Positions 35,277-45,647 of a stretch of DNA of 64,000 bases are shown in pieces (the first letter of the stretch is position 1; every line of letters begins with the position of its first letter). Source of the DNA: an uncultured Thermoleophilia bacterium. Lineage in GTDB: Bacteria; Actinomycetota; Thermoleophilia; Gaiellales; Gaiellaceae. The stretch is taken from contig OY970285.1 of NCBI GenBank assembly GCA_963716005.1, positions 1,427,745 to 1,491,744 on the forward strand, read 5' to 3'. Made by a program: the position numbers and the translations under genes. The notes under the pieces were generated by a model, which saw only the letters and a list, made by a program, of their open reading frames with translations, had not been told where the DNA came from and did not search any database.

Positions 35277-36011
35277 GTGGCACACTCGCCTTGGAGCTGG
35301 CACTTCGGCTGGGGCGAGGTCGCGATCCTCGCGGTGCTGGTGGGCGCGTACGCAGCGGCGTGGCGTGCATATCCCGTCTCACGCGCGCGGGCGGCGATCG
35401 GGATGCTCGGCCTGCTGCTCGTCGCCGCGGCGCTCCTCAGCCCGCTCTCGACCATCTCGCTCCACTACCTGCTCTCGGCGCACCTGCTTCAGAACGTCGT
35501 GCTCGCGGAATGGGCGCCGGCGCTGCTCGTCGGCGGGCTCGCGCCCGCGCTGGCGGAGCGGCTCACGGCGAACGAGGCCATGCGCGCCCTCACCCACCCG
35601 CTCGTCGCGCTGCCGCTCTGGCTGGCGACCTACGCGGTCTGGCACGTCCCCGCGGTGTACGACGCGGCGCTGCGCAACCACGGCCTCCTGGCGCTCGAGC
35701 ATGTCTCGTACCTCGTCGCCGGCGCGCTCCTCTGGTGGTGCGTGGTACAGGAGGCGCCGCACGCGCTCGACTGGGGGAAGCGCGCCGCGTACGTGTTCGC
35801 CACATTCCTGCTGGCGAGCCCGATCTCGCTGCTCCTCACGCTGCTGCCCGACCCGGTCTACGGCTTCTACGAGGATGCTCATCGCTTGTGGGGCCTGACG
35901 CCGCTCGAGGATCAGCAGATCGCGGGCGTGATCATGTCGGGATCGGAGGCGATCGTCTTCTTCGGTGCCTTCGGGTTTTGCATGTTGCGTTTCCTTGAAG
36001 ACGAGGCGTAG
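35277..36011 (+). CDS. ctaG: cytochrome c oxidase assembly factor CtaG (Bacillus/actinobacterial type, polytopic)
   Basis: 244-aa membrane ORF with LSAHLLQNVVLAEWAPALLV..., WHVPAVYDAAL, LEHVSYLVAGALLWW and PLEDQQIAGVIM, characteristic of the Caa3_CtaG family. Confidence 0.75.
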   Translation: MAHSPWSWHFGWGEVAILAVLVGAYAAAWRAYPVSRARAAIGMLGLLLVAAALLSPLSTISLHYLLSAHLLQNVVLAEWAPALLVGGLAPALAERLTANEAMRALTHPLVALPLWLATYAVWHVPAVYDAALRNHGLLALEHVSYLVAGALLWWCVVQEAPHALDWGKRAAYVFATFLLASPISLLLTLLPDPVYGFYEDAHRLWGLTPLEDQQIAGVIMSGSEAIVFFGAFGFCMLRFLEDEA

Positions 36012-36024
36012 GTACTGACGGAGC

Positions 36025-38565
36025 ATGGAAAGGCGAGCCAAACTACGTGGCGGCGTGCGCATCCATCGTCCCCAGCAGGTCGCCGTCCGCGGCCTCCATC
36101 TCTTCGTGCTGTCCGCGTTCGCCGTGGCGCAGCCGCTCTTCGATCTCCTCGGGGACACGCCCGAGTTCTTCGTCGTTCGCGGCTCGACGACCTGGGACAT
36201 TCTGGCGCTCGCGCTCGGACTCATCCTCGTCCCGCCCGCGCTTCTGCTCGGGATCGAGGTGCTCGGCGGGCTCTTCGGCCCGCGAATCCAGACCGGTCTC
36301 CACCTCGTCTTCTGCGCCGGCCTCGCGGGGCTCGTCGCGCTGCAGGCGCTGAAGCGCTCGGCCGACCTCTCGCCCTGGCTCTCGTTCGTCATCGCGGCCG
36401 CGGCCGGAGCCGGGCTCGCGGTCGCCTACGCCAAGCGGAAGGGCGTGCGGACGTTCCTGACCGTCCTCGGCCCCGCGCCGCTCGCGTTCCTCGCGCTCTT
36501 CCTCATCAACTCGCCGCTCGACAAGCTCTCGCTCGAGTCTGAGGCGCACGCGAGCGCGGTCACCGACATCACGGCGACGGCGCCCGTGGTCATGGTCGTC
36601 CTCGACGAGCTCCCGACGAGCTCCCTCATGGACCAGCACGCCGAGATCGACCCGGTGCGCTACCCGAACTTCTCCAGGCTCGCCAAGGACGGGACCTGGT
36701 TCCGCAACGCAACGACCGTGCACGAGCACACGACCGAGGCCGTGCCGTCGATCCTGACGGGCAACGAGCCGGGCCAGGGCGCGCTGCCGCTCTACTCGGA
36801 TCACCCGGACAACCTCTTCACGTTCCTCGGTGCGAGCGGCGCGTACGAGATGCACGTCTTCGAGCCGGTCACCCAGCTCTGCCCGACCGACCTCTGCCCG
36901 CGCACGAAGGAGTCGTTCTCGGCCCGGATGAGCTCGTTGACCGATGACCTCGCAGTGATCTACGGCCACGTCGTCCTCCCCGACGGGGTCTCGGACGAGC
37001 TCCCGTCCGTCACCGAGACGTGGCAGGACTTCGGCAAGACTCACGCCGAGGAGGAGCTCGCCGCCAAGCCGCTCGCGCTGAAGGACGACGCGGACATCGA
37101 CCGGACGGTCGGCCGCCAGCTGTGGCAAGACCAGCGGTTCCAGACGGAGCAGTTCGTCGACTCGATCGAGCCGACCACCGAGCCGACGCTCTTCTTTCTC
37201 CACTCGATGCTCCCCCACTCGCCGTGGCGCTTCCTCCCGTCCGGCCGCCAGTACGGCGACGCGCTGGGGATCGACGGAATCGCCGACGACGAGTGGGGCG
37301 GGGACGACTTCCTCGTCCAGCAAGGCTGGCAGCGGCACCTGCTCCAGACGGGGCTCGTCGATCGCCTGCTCGGCGAGCTGATCGACCGGCTGGAAGAGGA
37401 GGGTCTCTACGAGAAGTCGCTGATCGTCGTCACCGCCGACCACGGGGTCAGCTTCAAGCCGAACGACCGCCGCCGCGGGATCACCGAGACGAACATCGGG
37501 GACATTGCGAACGTGCCGCTCATCATCAAGCGCCCCGAGGAGCATCTGGGGTTGATCGTCGACCGCACGGTGCGCTCGATCGACATTCTCCCGTCCATCG
37601 CAGCCGCGCTGGGCGAGCCGCTGCCGTTCGAGGTCGACGGCGAATCGGTGTACGACCGCGCGAACGACCAGCAGACGGTCGAGGTGAGCCAGCGTGAGGG
37701 CGAGCCGGTTTCCGCGCCCGCCGACGAGGTGATCGGCCTGCGAAACGCGACGCTCATCCGCAAGCTGCACCTCTTCGGCGCCCAGAGTCAGGACGGCCTC
37801 TACGCCTTCGGCCCCGACGCCGCGCTCGTCGGCTCGGCGCCCGACACGCTTCCCTCCGTGAAGGCGACCGGCCTGAAGGCCTCGATCGACGGGGAGCCGC
37901 TCTTGCGCTCGGTCGACCTCGACTCGGCGCTCGTGCCCGCACATGTCTCCGGTGGGCTTTCGGGCGAGGGAGCGGAGGAGGGAATCCGGCTCGTCGTCGC
38001 CGTGAACGGGACGATCGCCGGCGTCGGTCAGAGCTTCGACTCGAACGGGTCGATCGTGTTCTCCTCCTACGTGCCCGAGTCGGCGTTCACCGAGGGTGCG
38101 AACGACGTGCAGGTCTACGCGGTCACCGAGCAGGACGGCGAACCGGCGCTGCAACCGCTCGGCGGCACGGGCGCACAGCCCGAGTACACGCTGGCCGACA
38201 CGGAGATCGAGGTGTCCGAGGGCGAGCCGATCCCGATCGCGCCCGGAACCGAGGGCTCTGTCGAGGACTGGTTCTTCGAGCGCGACGCGGTGCGGTTCGG
38301 CGGCTGGGCGGGCGACGTGGAGTCCAAGGCGCCAGCCGACCGCGTGCTCGTCTTTGCCGACGGCGAGCTCGTCCACTCCGGCACGCCGGGGATCGGGCGC
38401 GCCGACCTCGCCAAGCGCTACCCGGGGCTCGGACGCTCCGGGTTCGTCTTCGACCTGCCGCAGAGCCTCGTCGGCGACGGCGGCGAAGTCGAGCTGCGCT
38501 TCTTCGCCGTCCGGGACGGGACCGCGACCGAGCTCACCTACCCGAACGGGTTCCCCTGGCGATGA
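36025..38565 (+). CDS. membrane-anchored sulfatase-fold (alkaline-phosphatase superfamily, LtaS/EptA-like) protein
   Basis: N-terminal TM segments, then VVMVVLDELPTSSL, TTEAVPSILTG, LHSMLPHSPW, VVTADHG. Intact 846-aa ORF. Confidence 0.78.
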   Translation: MERRAKLRGGVRIHRPQQVAVRGLHLFVLSAFAVAQPLFDLLGDTPEFFVVRGSTTWDILALALGLILVPPALLLGIEVLGGLFGPRIQTGLHLVFCAGLAGLVALQALKRSADLSPWLSFVIAAAAGAGLAVAYAKRKGVRTFLTVLGPAPLAFLALFLINSPLDKLSLESEAHASAVTDITATAPVVMVVLDELPTSSLMDQHAEIDPVRYPNFSRLAKDGTWFRNATTVHEHTTEAVPSILTGNEPGQGALPLYSDHPDNLFTFLGASGAYEMHVFEPVTQLCPTDLCPRTKESFSARMSSLTDDLAVIYGHVVLPDGVSDELPSVTETWQDFGKTHAEEELAAKPLALKDDADIDRTVGRQLWQDQRFQTEQFVDSIEPTTEPTLFFLHSMLPHSPWRFLPSGRQYGDALGIDGIADDEWGGDDFLVQQGWQRHLLQTGLVDRLLGELIDRLEEEGLYEKSLIVVTADHGVSFKPNDRRRGITETNIGDIANVPLIIKRPEEHLGLIVDRTVRSIDILPSIAAALGEPLPFEVDGESVYDRANDQQTVEVSQREGEPVSAPADEVIGLRNATLIRKLHLFGAQSQDGLYAFGPDAALVGSAPDTLPSVKATGLKASIDGEPLLRSVDLDSALVPAHVSGGLSGEGAEEGIRLVVAVNGTIAGVGQSFDSNGSIVFSSYVPESAFTEGANDVQVYAVTEQDGEPALQPLGGTGAQPEYTLADTEIEVSEGEPIPIAPGTEGSVEDWFFERDAVRFGGWAGDVESKAPADRVLVFADGELVHSGTPGIGRADLAKRYPGLGRSGFVFDLPQSLVGDGGEVELRFFAVRDGTATELTYPNGFPWR

Positions 38566-39521
38566 AACGGGGCGTCCTGGCCGCGCAGGTCGCCGTGTCG
38601 GTCGTCGCGCTCGGCGCCGTCATCTGGTGGGCCACGCGCCAGGAGCCGCCGCAACTCCCCCGTACGCGCAACGACGCGCTCGCGCTGATCGCCGCGCTCG
38701 GACTCTACTGCCTCGCCACCCTGGCGCGGGCCGAGCGCTGGCACCGGATCGTCCGCCGCGCCGAGATCCACACCGGCCGGCCCGACACCTACAGGCTGAC
38801 GGCGGTCGGTTACATGGGGAACAACGTTCTCCCGGCGCGAAGCGGCGACGTCTTGCGCGCCTTCCTCCTCGCCCCCATCGCCACGACCCGCAAGCGCAAC
38901 GTGCTCGGAACGGTCGTCGCGGAGCGCCTCCTCGACGCGGTCGCGCTTGCGCTCGTGCTCGTGGCCGTCGTCCTCGTGTTCGTTCGCGACGCCGAGATCC
39001 CCGAGGGCCGCGTCGTGCTCTTCGCCGCGATCGGACTCGCCGCGGCCGCGCTCGTGCTGGTGGTGGCCTACGTCCGGGCCAGACGAACCGGCGCGCTCGG
39101 CCGCGCGCGCGAGATCCTCCGTCCGCTGGCCGCGCCCTCGAAGAACCTGGCTAGCGTCCACGGCGGTCGGCTCCTCGTCCTCTCGCTCGCGGTCTGGCTC
39201 CTCGAGGCGTCGGTCTACCTCGCCGTCGCCCGCGCCGTGAACCTCGACTTCAATTTCGGGGACGCGCTCTACGTCATGGCGCTCACGAACCTGTTCGCGC
39301 TCATCCCGGCCGCGCCCGGCTACGTCGGGACGTTCGACGCCGCGGTCATCTTCGCGTGCAACTCGCTCGACGCCTCCGGCTCCGACGCGCTCGCCTACCT
39401 CGTCATGCTCCGGTTCGTGCTCTTCGTCCCCATCACCGTCGTCGGGCTCGCCTTCCTCGTCTCGCACTACGGCGGCTGGTCGCGCTTCCGGGCCGCCCGG
39501 CTGAGCGGCTCGTCCGCGTGA
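38562..39521 (+). CDS. flippase-like membrane protein (lysylphosphatidylglycerol-synthase TM-region family, UPF0104)
   Basis: YRLTAVGYMGNNVLPARSGDVLRAFLL motif. Polytopic. Its ATG overlaps the upstream TGA (ATGA). Confidence 0.78.
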   Translation: MKRGVLAAQVAVSVVALGAVIWWATRQEPPQLPRTRNDALALIAALGLYCLATLARAERWHRIVRRAEIHTGRPDTYRLTAVGYMGNNVLPARSGDVLRAFLLAPIATTRKRNVLGTVVAERLLDAVALALVLVAVVLVFVRDAEIPEGRVVLFAAIGLAAAALVLVVAYVRARRTGALGRAREILRPLAAPSKNLASVHGGRLLVLSLAVWLLEASVYLAVARAVNLDFNFGDALYVMALTNLFALIPAAPGYVGTFDAAVIFACNSLDASGSDALAYLVMLRFVLFVPITVVGLAFLVSHYGGWSRFRAARLSGSSA

Positions 39522-41048
39522 GGGACTTCGCCCGGAGGCATCCGACCGCGCTCGGTGCGGTCGCGCTCGTCGCGCTCGTCTGCGTGTCGCTCTTCGTGCG
39601 CACGCGCGACCTCCGCGGCCCGTTCTGGATCGACGAGGGCCTCTCCGTCGGGATCGCCTCGTACCCGTTCTGGGACATCCCCGGCGTGCTCGTCCAGGAC
39701 GGATCGCCGCCGCTCTACTACATGCTCCTGCACATCTGGATCGCGCTCTTCGGCTCGGGCGTCGAGGCGACGCACGCGTTCTCGATCCTCTTCGCGCTCG
39801 CTGCGATTCCCGCCGCGCTCTGGGCCGGCTGGAGCCTCTTCGGCCGCCGCGCCGGCTGGGCCGCGGCCGCGCTCGCCGCGTTCAACCCGTACCTGACGAT
39901 CTACGCCCAGGAGACGCGGATGTACGCGTTCCTGAGCTTCCTCTCGATCCTCACGGCGGCCGCGTTCCTGCACGCCTTCGCGTTTCGCCGCCGCGGCTAC
40001 CTGCCGGTGTTCGCGGGACTCCTCATCGTCATGGTCTACACGCACAACTGGGCGCTCTTCTTCACGGCCGGCGCGCTCGTCGCCTTCGCCTTGATCGCTC
40101 AAGATGTCGGACGACCGGCGGGCGCTCCTGAAGGACGGCGCGCTCGCGTTCGGCGCCGTCGGGGTCGCGTACCTGCCGTGGGTTCCGACCCTGATCTCGC
40201 AGGCCCAGCACACCGGCGCGCCATGGTCGAACGCGCCGGGGTTCGGGCAGCTCGCGGAGGGATTCCTCGTCGTGCTGAGCGGCCAGGGCGCGGTCGTCGC
40301 GATCGTCCTCGCGGGAGGCGTCGGGCTGATCGCGGTCGCCCGGCGGGCCAAGTCCTCCCCGGCGCGAACGGCCATCCTCGCGTCGTTCACGCTCGCCGCC
40401 GGGACGCTCACGATCGCGTGGATCTCCTCCCAGGTCTCGCCGGCGTGGGCGAACCGCTACCTCGGCGTGCTCGTCGGCCCGGTGCTCCTCCTCGCAGCGG
40501 CGCTCGTCCCTCGTGCCGGACGGCTCGGCCTGGTCGCGCTCGGCGTCGTACTCGTCTTCTGGGCCTCGTTCCAGCCGGCGGGCATCAAGTCGAACGCGGA
40601 CGTGCTCGGAGAGCTCTACAGGGACGAGATCCGGCCCGGCGACCTGGTCGTCTCCACGCAGCCCGAGCAGGTTCCGGTGCTCGCGTACTACCTCGGCCGC
40701 GACCACGAGTGGGCCTCGACGCTCGGCCCGTTCGCCGACACGCGGATCATGGACTGGCGCGACGTGGAGGGCGAGCTCGAGGCCGCGACCGCCGAGAACA
40801 CGCTCGAGCCGATGCTCGACGCGCTGCCCGTCGGGAGCCGCGTCGTCATGATCCGCCCTCGCGTGCGCGACCCCCGACCCTGGAGCGCTCCGTGGACGAG
40901 CCTCGTGGCGAAGCGCTCGAGCGAGTGGTACGTCGCCATGGCGGCCGACGACCGCTTCGAGCGGACGGAGCAATACGTTCCCCCGTACACTGGCCCTGTC
41001 CGCCGGCCGCTCGTCCTCGAGATCTTCGAAAAGACCGAGGGAGGGTAG
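39518..41048 (+). CDS. GT-C glycosyltransferase (family 39 / ArnT-PMT-like); one frame break near 40098
   Basis: The GTG overlaps the upstream TGA. First-loop motif FWIDEGLSVGIA, then PPLYYMLLHIW and YAQETRMYAF. The continuation SDDRRALLKDGALAFGAVGVAYLPWVPTL... is in the next frame. Confidence 0.75.
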
Positions 41049-41063
41049 GCAAGCACGCACGCC

Positions 41064-42576
41064 ATGACTTCGTCTGTCACCGAGACACCCGAACCGGCGC
41101 CGCCGACCTCCTCGACCAAGCCCACGGTCGTGCTCGGTGCGGGCCCGGCCGGCCTGACCGCCGGCTACCTGCTCGCCAAGCGCGGGCTCCCCGTCGTCGT
41201 GCTCGAGTCGGAGAACCAGGTGGGCGGCCTCGCGAAGACGGTCGAGCGCGACGGCTACCGCTTCGACCTCGGCGGCCACCGCTTCTTCACGAAGTCGAAG
41301 GAGGTCGAGCACCTCTGGCACGAGGTCATGCAGGACGAGTTCCTCCTGCGCCCGCGCATGTCGCGCATCTACTGGAACCGGAAGTTCCTCGACTACCCGC
41401 TGCGCGGGCCCGACGTGATCAAGAAGCTCGGCGCGGTCGAGCTGGTGCGCGTCATGGCCTCGTACGCGAAGGCGAAGATCCGCCCGGTGAAGCCCGAGGA
41501 GAGCCTCGAGGACTGGGTCACGAACCGCTTCGGGCGCCGGCTCTTCGAGCTCTTCTTCCGCTCCTACACCGAGAAGGTCTGGGGCGTGCCGACCTCGGAG
41601 CTGCGCGCCGAGTGGGCCGCGCAGCGCATCAAGGGCCTGTCGCTCACGAGCGCGGCCAAGGCGGCGTTCTTCGGCAACGAAGGCAACAAGGTGAAGAGCC
41701 TCATCCAGGAGTTCCACTACCCCCGCTACGGCCCCGGCCAGATGTGGGAGACGATGACCGACGACATCCGCGCGCTCGGCGGCGAGGTCCTCCTCGACAC
41801 GCCGGTCGAGCAGATCGTCACCGACGACGGCCGCGTCAAGGAGATCGTCGCCGGCGGCCGGACGTTCGAGCCGAGCCACGTGATCTCGTCGCTCCCCTTG
41901 CGCGCGACGGTGGACATGGCCAGCCCCGCGGCGCCCGGCCGGCGTGCTGGACGCCGCGAGCGGCCTTCGCTACCGCGACTTCCTCACCGTCGCGCTCGTC
42001 CTCGACGGCGAAGACCTCTTCCCGGACAACTGGATCTACATCCACGAGCCGGACGTCCGCGTCGGGCGCATCCAGAACTACCGCGCCTGGAGCCCGTGGA
42101 TGGTCCCGGACCCGTCGAAGGCCTGCGTCGGGCTCGAGTACTTCTGCTTCGCCGGCGACGACCTGTGGTCGATGAAGGACGAGGATCTGGTCGCGCTCGC
42201 GACCCGCGAACTCGTCCAGCTGGGGCTCGTCGAGGAGTCGAAGATCGAGCGCGGGTACGCCGTTCGGGTTCCCAAGGCGTATCCGATGTACGACGTCGAC
42301 TACGCCGAGCGCGTGGACGTGATCCGCGACTGGCTCGAGGGGATCGAGAACCTCCAGCAGGTCGGCCGCAACGGGCTCCACCGCTACAACAACTCGGACC
42401 ACTCGATGCTGACGGCCGTGCGCGCCGTCGAGAACGCGGTGCTCGGACAGAACCACGACATCTGGGCCGTGAACGCCGAGAGCGTCTACCACGAGGAAGA
42501 CGCGCCCGACGAGCACCCGTACCGCGAGGCACCGGAGACACCCGAGATGAAGACGCGCGTCGGCTCCGAGCTCTAG
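41064..42576 (+). CDS. NAD(P)/FAD-dependent oxidoreductase (amine-oxidase / UDP-galactopyranose-mutase-like fold); one frame break near 41930
   Basis: Rossmann motif VVLGAGPAGLTAGYLLAKRG..VVVLE, then VGGLAKT, FDLGGHRFF. The C-terminal half (LRYRDFLTVALVLD...GRNGLHRYNNSDHSM) is in the next frame. Confidence 0.78.
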
Positions 42577-42591
42577 CGGACCCTTCGACCA

Positions 42592-42666
42592 TCGGGACGG
42601 CGAGATTCGAACTCGCGGCCTCCGCGTCCCAAACGCGGTGCTCTAACCAGGCTGAGCTACGTCCCG
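42592..42666 (-). tRNA. tRNA-Pro (TGG)
   Basis: Reverse complement CGGGACGTAGCTCAGCCTGGTTAGAGCACCGCGTTTGGGACGCGGAGGCCGCGAGTTCGAATCTCGCCGTCCCGA. Anticodon loop TTTGGGA. Confidence 0.92.
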
Positions 42667-42690
42667 TAGCCCGCCCATCGTAGTGGCGCC

Positions 42691-43344
42691 CTAGGCGATC
42701 AGCGACTGGCGCAGCGCGGTCGCGACGGCCTGCGTGCGCGTGTCGGCGTCGAGCTTGGCCATCGTCTTGCGCACGTGCGTGCGGACGGTCTCCGGGGAGA
42801 TGAAGAGGCGCTTGCCGATCTCCTCGTTCGAGCAGCCGTCGGCGAGGAGGCGCAGCACGTCGCGCTCGCGCTGCGTCAGGGTCGGGATCTTCTCCGTCGC
42901 GGTAGCGGACGTCAGCGCACCCGCGAGCACGGGATCGACGTAGGTCCCGCCGTCGGCGACGAGCCGCACGGCGCGAACCAGGTCCGCGAGCGGCGCCTCC
43001 TTCAGGACGAACCCGCGGGCGCCGGCGTCGATCGCCTCCGTGAGCAGCGCCCGGTCGCCGTAAGCCGTGTAGAGGAGGACGCCCGTCTCGGGGACCGACT
43101 TCACGACCTGGCGCGTCGTCTCGATCCCGGAGACCCGCGGCATGCGGAGATCCATGACGACCACGTCGGGCCGGCGGGTCTCGATCTTGGCGAACGCTTC
43201 CTCCCCGTCGACGGCGCGGCCGACGATCTCGATCCCGTCGGCGCCGAGGACCTCGCAGATCGCCTCCACCATCGCCGGATGGTCGTCCGCCACCAGGCAG
43301 GTGATCGAACGGCTTTCGGACGGCTCTGATGGCGGCAAGGGCAT
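42691..43344 (-). CDS. NarL/LuxR-family response regulator
   Basis: Only the last 217 aa of the listed 707-aa ORF look real: CLVADDHPAMVEAI, VVVMDLRMPRVSG, GARGFVLKEAPL, TQRERDVLRLLADGCSNEEIGKRLFISPETVRTHV. Confidence 0.9.
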   Translation of the reverse strand: MPLPPSEPSESRSITCLVADDHPAMVEAICEVLGADGIEIVGRAVDGEEAFAKIETRRPDVVVMDLRMPRVSGIETTRQVVKSVPETGVLLYTAYGDRALLTEAIDAGARGFVLKEAPLADLVRAVRLVADGGTYVDPVLAGALTSATATEKIPTLTQRERDVLRLLADGCSNEEIGKRLFISPETVRTHVRKTMAKLDADTRTQAVATALRQSLIA

Positions 43345-43416
43345 CCCCCGGTCGGGGTACGGAGATCGCGCGTCAATGGGGATCGGAAAAGCGCGCTGAA
43401 ACGCCGTAACCCTACA

Positions 43417-44898
43417 GTGATGACCCGTCATTTCACGGCCGCCGCCCCGGCCGTAGACGAGCGGCCCGACGACCAGCCGAACCTCGATCAGGGGTCGGCG
43501 CTCGACGCCGTGCTCCAGTGGGTCGGTGACGGCGTCTGGATCGAGGTCGACGGCGTGAACCGCGTCAATCTGACCGGCCGGAAGCTCCTCGGGCTCGGAC
43601 CGGGATACGACCCGAACGACGGCCAGGGGCTCGACGCCGTCTTCGACCTCGAGGGGAACCAGCTGGCGCCGCGCTCGCTCCCGACCGAGCAGGCCCGGAC
43701 GCTCGCCCGCCCGGTTCCGTATCGCGTCCGGATCCGCCGCGCCGACGGCGCCGAGCGCGTCTTCGAGGGAACCGCCGCGCCGATCGTCGAGGAGCGCGAG
43801 GTGCGCGGCACGGTCACGACCTTCCGCGACATCACCGACGAGCACAACCGCAGGCTCCTCACCGAGCGCCTCCTGGAGCAGCTCTTCGAGGCGCTTCCGA
43901 CCGCCGTCGTCGTCACGCACCCCGCCACCGGCGAGGTCCTCTCGGCCAACCGCGCGTTCGGCGAGCTCGTCGGCCACGCGCCGGAGGAGCTCCTCGGCGC
44001 GACCGCCCCCTACTCCTGGGAAGCCGAGGTGCCGGAGCTCGACTTCGACGCCGACGAGCCCGTGATCGCCGACGGCCTCCTGCGCCGCAAGGACGGACGC
44101 CTCGTCCCGGTCGAGATCACCCCGCTCGTCGTCCGCGAGGACGGCGGAGCGCCGGTTGCGACCGTCCGTCTCATCAGCGACCTGAGCGAGCGCCGCCGCT
44201 TCGAGCAGCAGATCGTCCAGAGCGGCAAGCTCGCGGCGATCGGCGAGCTCGCGGCCGGCGTCGCGCACGAGATCAACAACCCCCTCTTCGCGATCCTCGG
44301 CCTCGTCGAGTTCATGCTGAAGGACGCCGAGCGCGGCACGAAGCAGTTCGAGCGCCTCGAGCTGATCCAGCAGACCGGCCTCGAGATCAAGGACGTCGTC
44401 CGCGCGCTGCTCGACTTCGCGCGCGAGCGCTCGGACGAGTTCGAGCGAGTCGCCATGCGCGACGTCCTCGCCCGGACGCTCGACCTGGTGCGGCGCACGT
44501 CGCTGCGCAAGGAGATCGAGCTGGTGGAGCGCTACGCCGACGAGCCGCTGTACGTCGCAGCCAGCGCCGGCCAGCTGAAGCAGATCGTCCTCAACCTGAT
44601 GACGAACGCGCAGCAGGCGATGCGCGACTCGGGCGCGGTCACGATCGAGCTCGAGCGCGACGGCCTGCATGCGCTCGTCCGCGTCCGCGACACCGGCCCC
44701 GGCATCCCCGAGGACGAGATCGAGCGGATCTTCGACCCGTTCTTCACCACGAAGCGCGAACTCGGCGGCACGGGGCTCGGCCTCGCGCTCAGCCAGTCGA
44801 TCGCCGTCTCGCACGGCGGCACGCTGGTCGCCGCCTCACCCCCCGGCGGCGGCGCCGAGTTCACGCTTCGCCTGCCGCTCTTCGAGGAGGCCGCGTGA
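43417..44898 (+). CDS. cytoplasmic PAS-domain sensor histidine kinase
   Basis: Two PAS-like segments. H-box AAGVAHEINNPL, N-box LNLMTNAQQAM, then DTGPGIP, GTGLGLALS. Intact. Confidence 0.9.
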   Translation: MMTRHFTAAAPAVDERPDDQPNLDQGSALDAVLQWVGDGVWIEVDGVNRVNLTGRKLLGLGPGYDPNDGQGLDAVFDLEGNQLAPRSLPTEQARTLARPVPYRVRIRRADGAERVFEGTAAPIVEEREVRGTVTTFRDITDEHNRRLLTERLLEQLFEALPTAVVVTHPATGEVLSANRAFGELVGHAPEELLGATAPYSWEAEVPELDFDADEPVIADGLLRRKDGRLVPVEITPLVVREDGGAPVATVRLISDLSERRRFEQQIVQSGKLAAIGELAAGVAHEINNPLFAILGLVEFMLKDAERGTKQFERLELIQQTGLEIKDVVRALLDFARERSDEFERVAMRDVLARTLDLVRRTSLRKEIELVERYADEPLYVAASAGQLKQIVLNLMTNAQQAMRDSGAVTIELERDGLHALVRVRDTGPGIPEDEIERIFDPFFTTKRELGGTGLGLALSQSIAVSHGGTLVAASPPGGGAEFTLRLPLFEEAA

Positions 44899-45647
44899 GC
44901 GAGCGCGTGCTGGTCATCGAGGACGAGGACATCGTCCGCGCCCTGATCGTCGAGATGCTCGAGGGCGCCGGCTACGAGGTCTTCGCGGTAGACCGCGCCG
45001 AGACCGGGCTCGAGCGCATCGCCGCCGACGCTCCGGACCTCGTCGTCAGCGACATCGTCATGCCCGGACTCACCGGGCTCGAGCTGCTCGAGACGGTGCG
45101 CGAGACACATCCGACCCTCCCCGTCGTGCTCGTCACCGGCGCCGGGACGACCGGGAACCTGGCGCAGGCGCGCGCCCTCCGAGCGAGCAGCGTCGTCGTG
45201 AAGCCGTTCGCGACCGCGGACCTCGTCGCGGCGGTCGAGGCGGCGCTCTCCGAAGCGGTCGCCCCGGTGGCCCGCCCCGGGCGCTCGGTGCTCCTCGTCG
45301 AGGACGACGCCGACCTCGCCGGGCTCGTGAGCGAGACGATCAGCCGCACCGTCGACGACGTCCGCGTCGTCCACGCGCTCGACATCGCGAGCGCCGTCAG
45401 GCTCTCGGCCGAGTCGTCCTGGTCGCTCGCCGTGCTCGACAACAACCTTCCGGACGGGAGCGGGCTCGACCTCCTCGAGCGCCTCCTCGACTCCTTCCCC
45501 CAGATGCCGGTGCTCGTCATGACCGGCGAGGGCTCCGAGCGCGTCGCCGTCGAGGCGTTTCGCCGCGGGGCCTCCGACTACGTCGTGAAGGGCGAGAGCA
45601 CCCTCGCCGAACTCGGAACGCGCGTGCGCGCGCTGCTCGCGACATGA
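44895..45647 (+). CDS. tandem double-receiver (REC-REC) protein without output domain
   Basis: VLVIEDEDIV..VVSDIVMPGLTG..VVVKPF followed by VLLVEDDADL..LAVLDNNLPDGSG..YVVKG. The GTG overlaps the upstream TGA. Confidence 0.85.
   Translation: MSERVLVIEDEDIVRALIVEMLEGAGYEVFAVDRAETGLERIAADAPDLVVSDIVMPGLTGLELLETVRETHPTLPVVLVTGAGTTGNLAQARALRASSVVVKPFATADLVAAVEAALSEAVAPVARPGRSVLLVEDDADLAGLVSETISRTVDDVRVVHALDIASAVRLSAESSWSLAVLDNNLPDGSGLDLLERLLDSFPQMPVLVMTGEGSERVAVEAFRRGASDYVVKGESTLAELGTRVRALLAT

Noticed and set aside
35174-42666. Possible genomic island integrated at tRNA-Gly or tRNA-Pro
   Set aside because: I saw no integrase, excisionase or transposase gene in the bracketed region. I did not notice a direct repeat of either tRNA 3' end, though without a search tool that check was not exhaustive. 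The gene content is housekeeping-like envelope and respiratory functions. It is kept only as a note inside the envelope-cluster finding.
43345-44814. The upstream 490 aa of the 707-aa - strand ORF containing the NarL-type regulator
   Set aside because: This part lies antisense to an intact PAS histidine kinase with all catalytic boxes. Only the last 217 aa, from MPLPPSEP, show response-regulator motifs.
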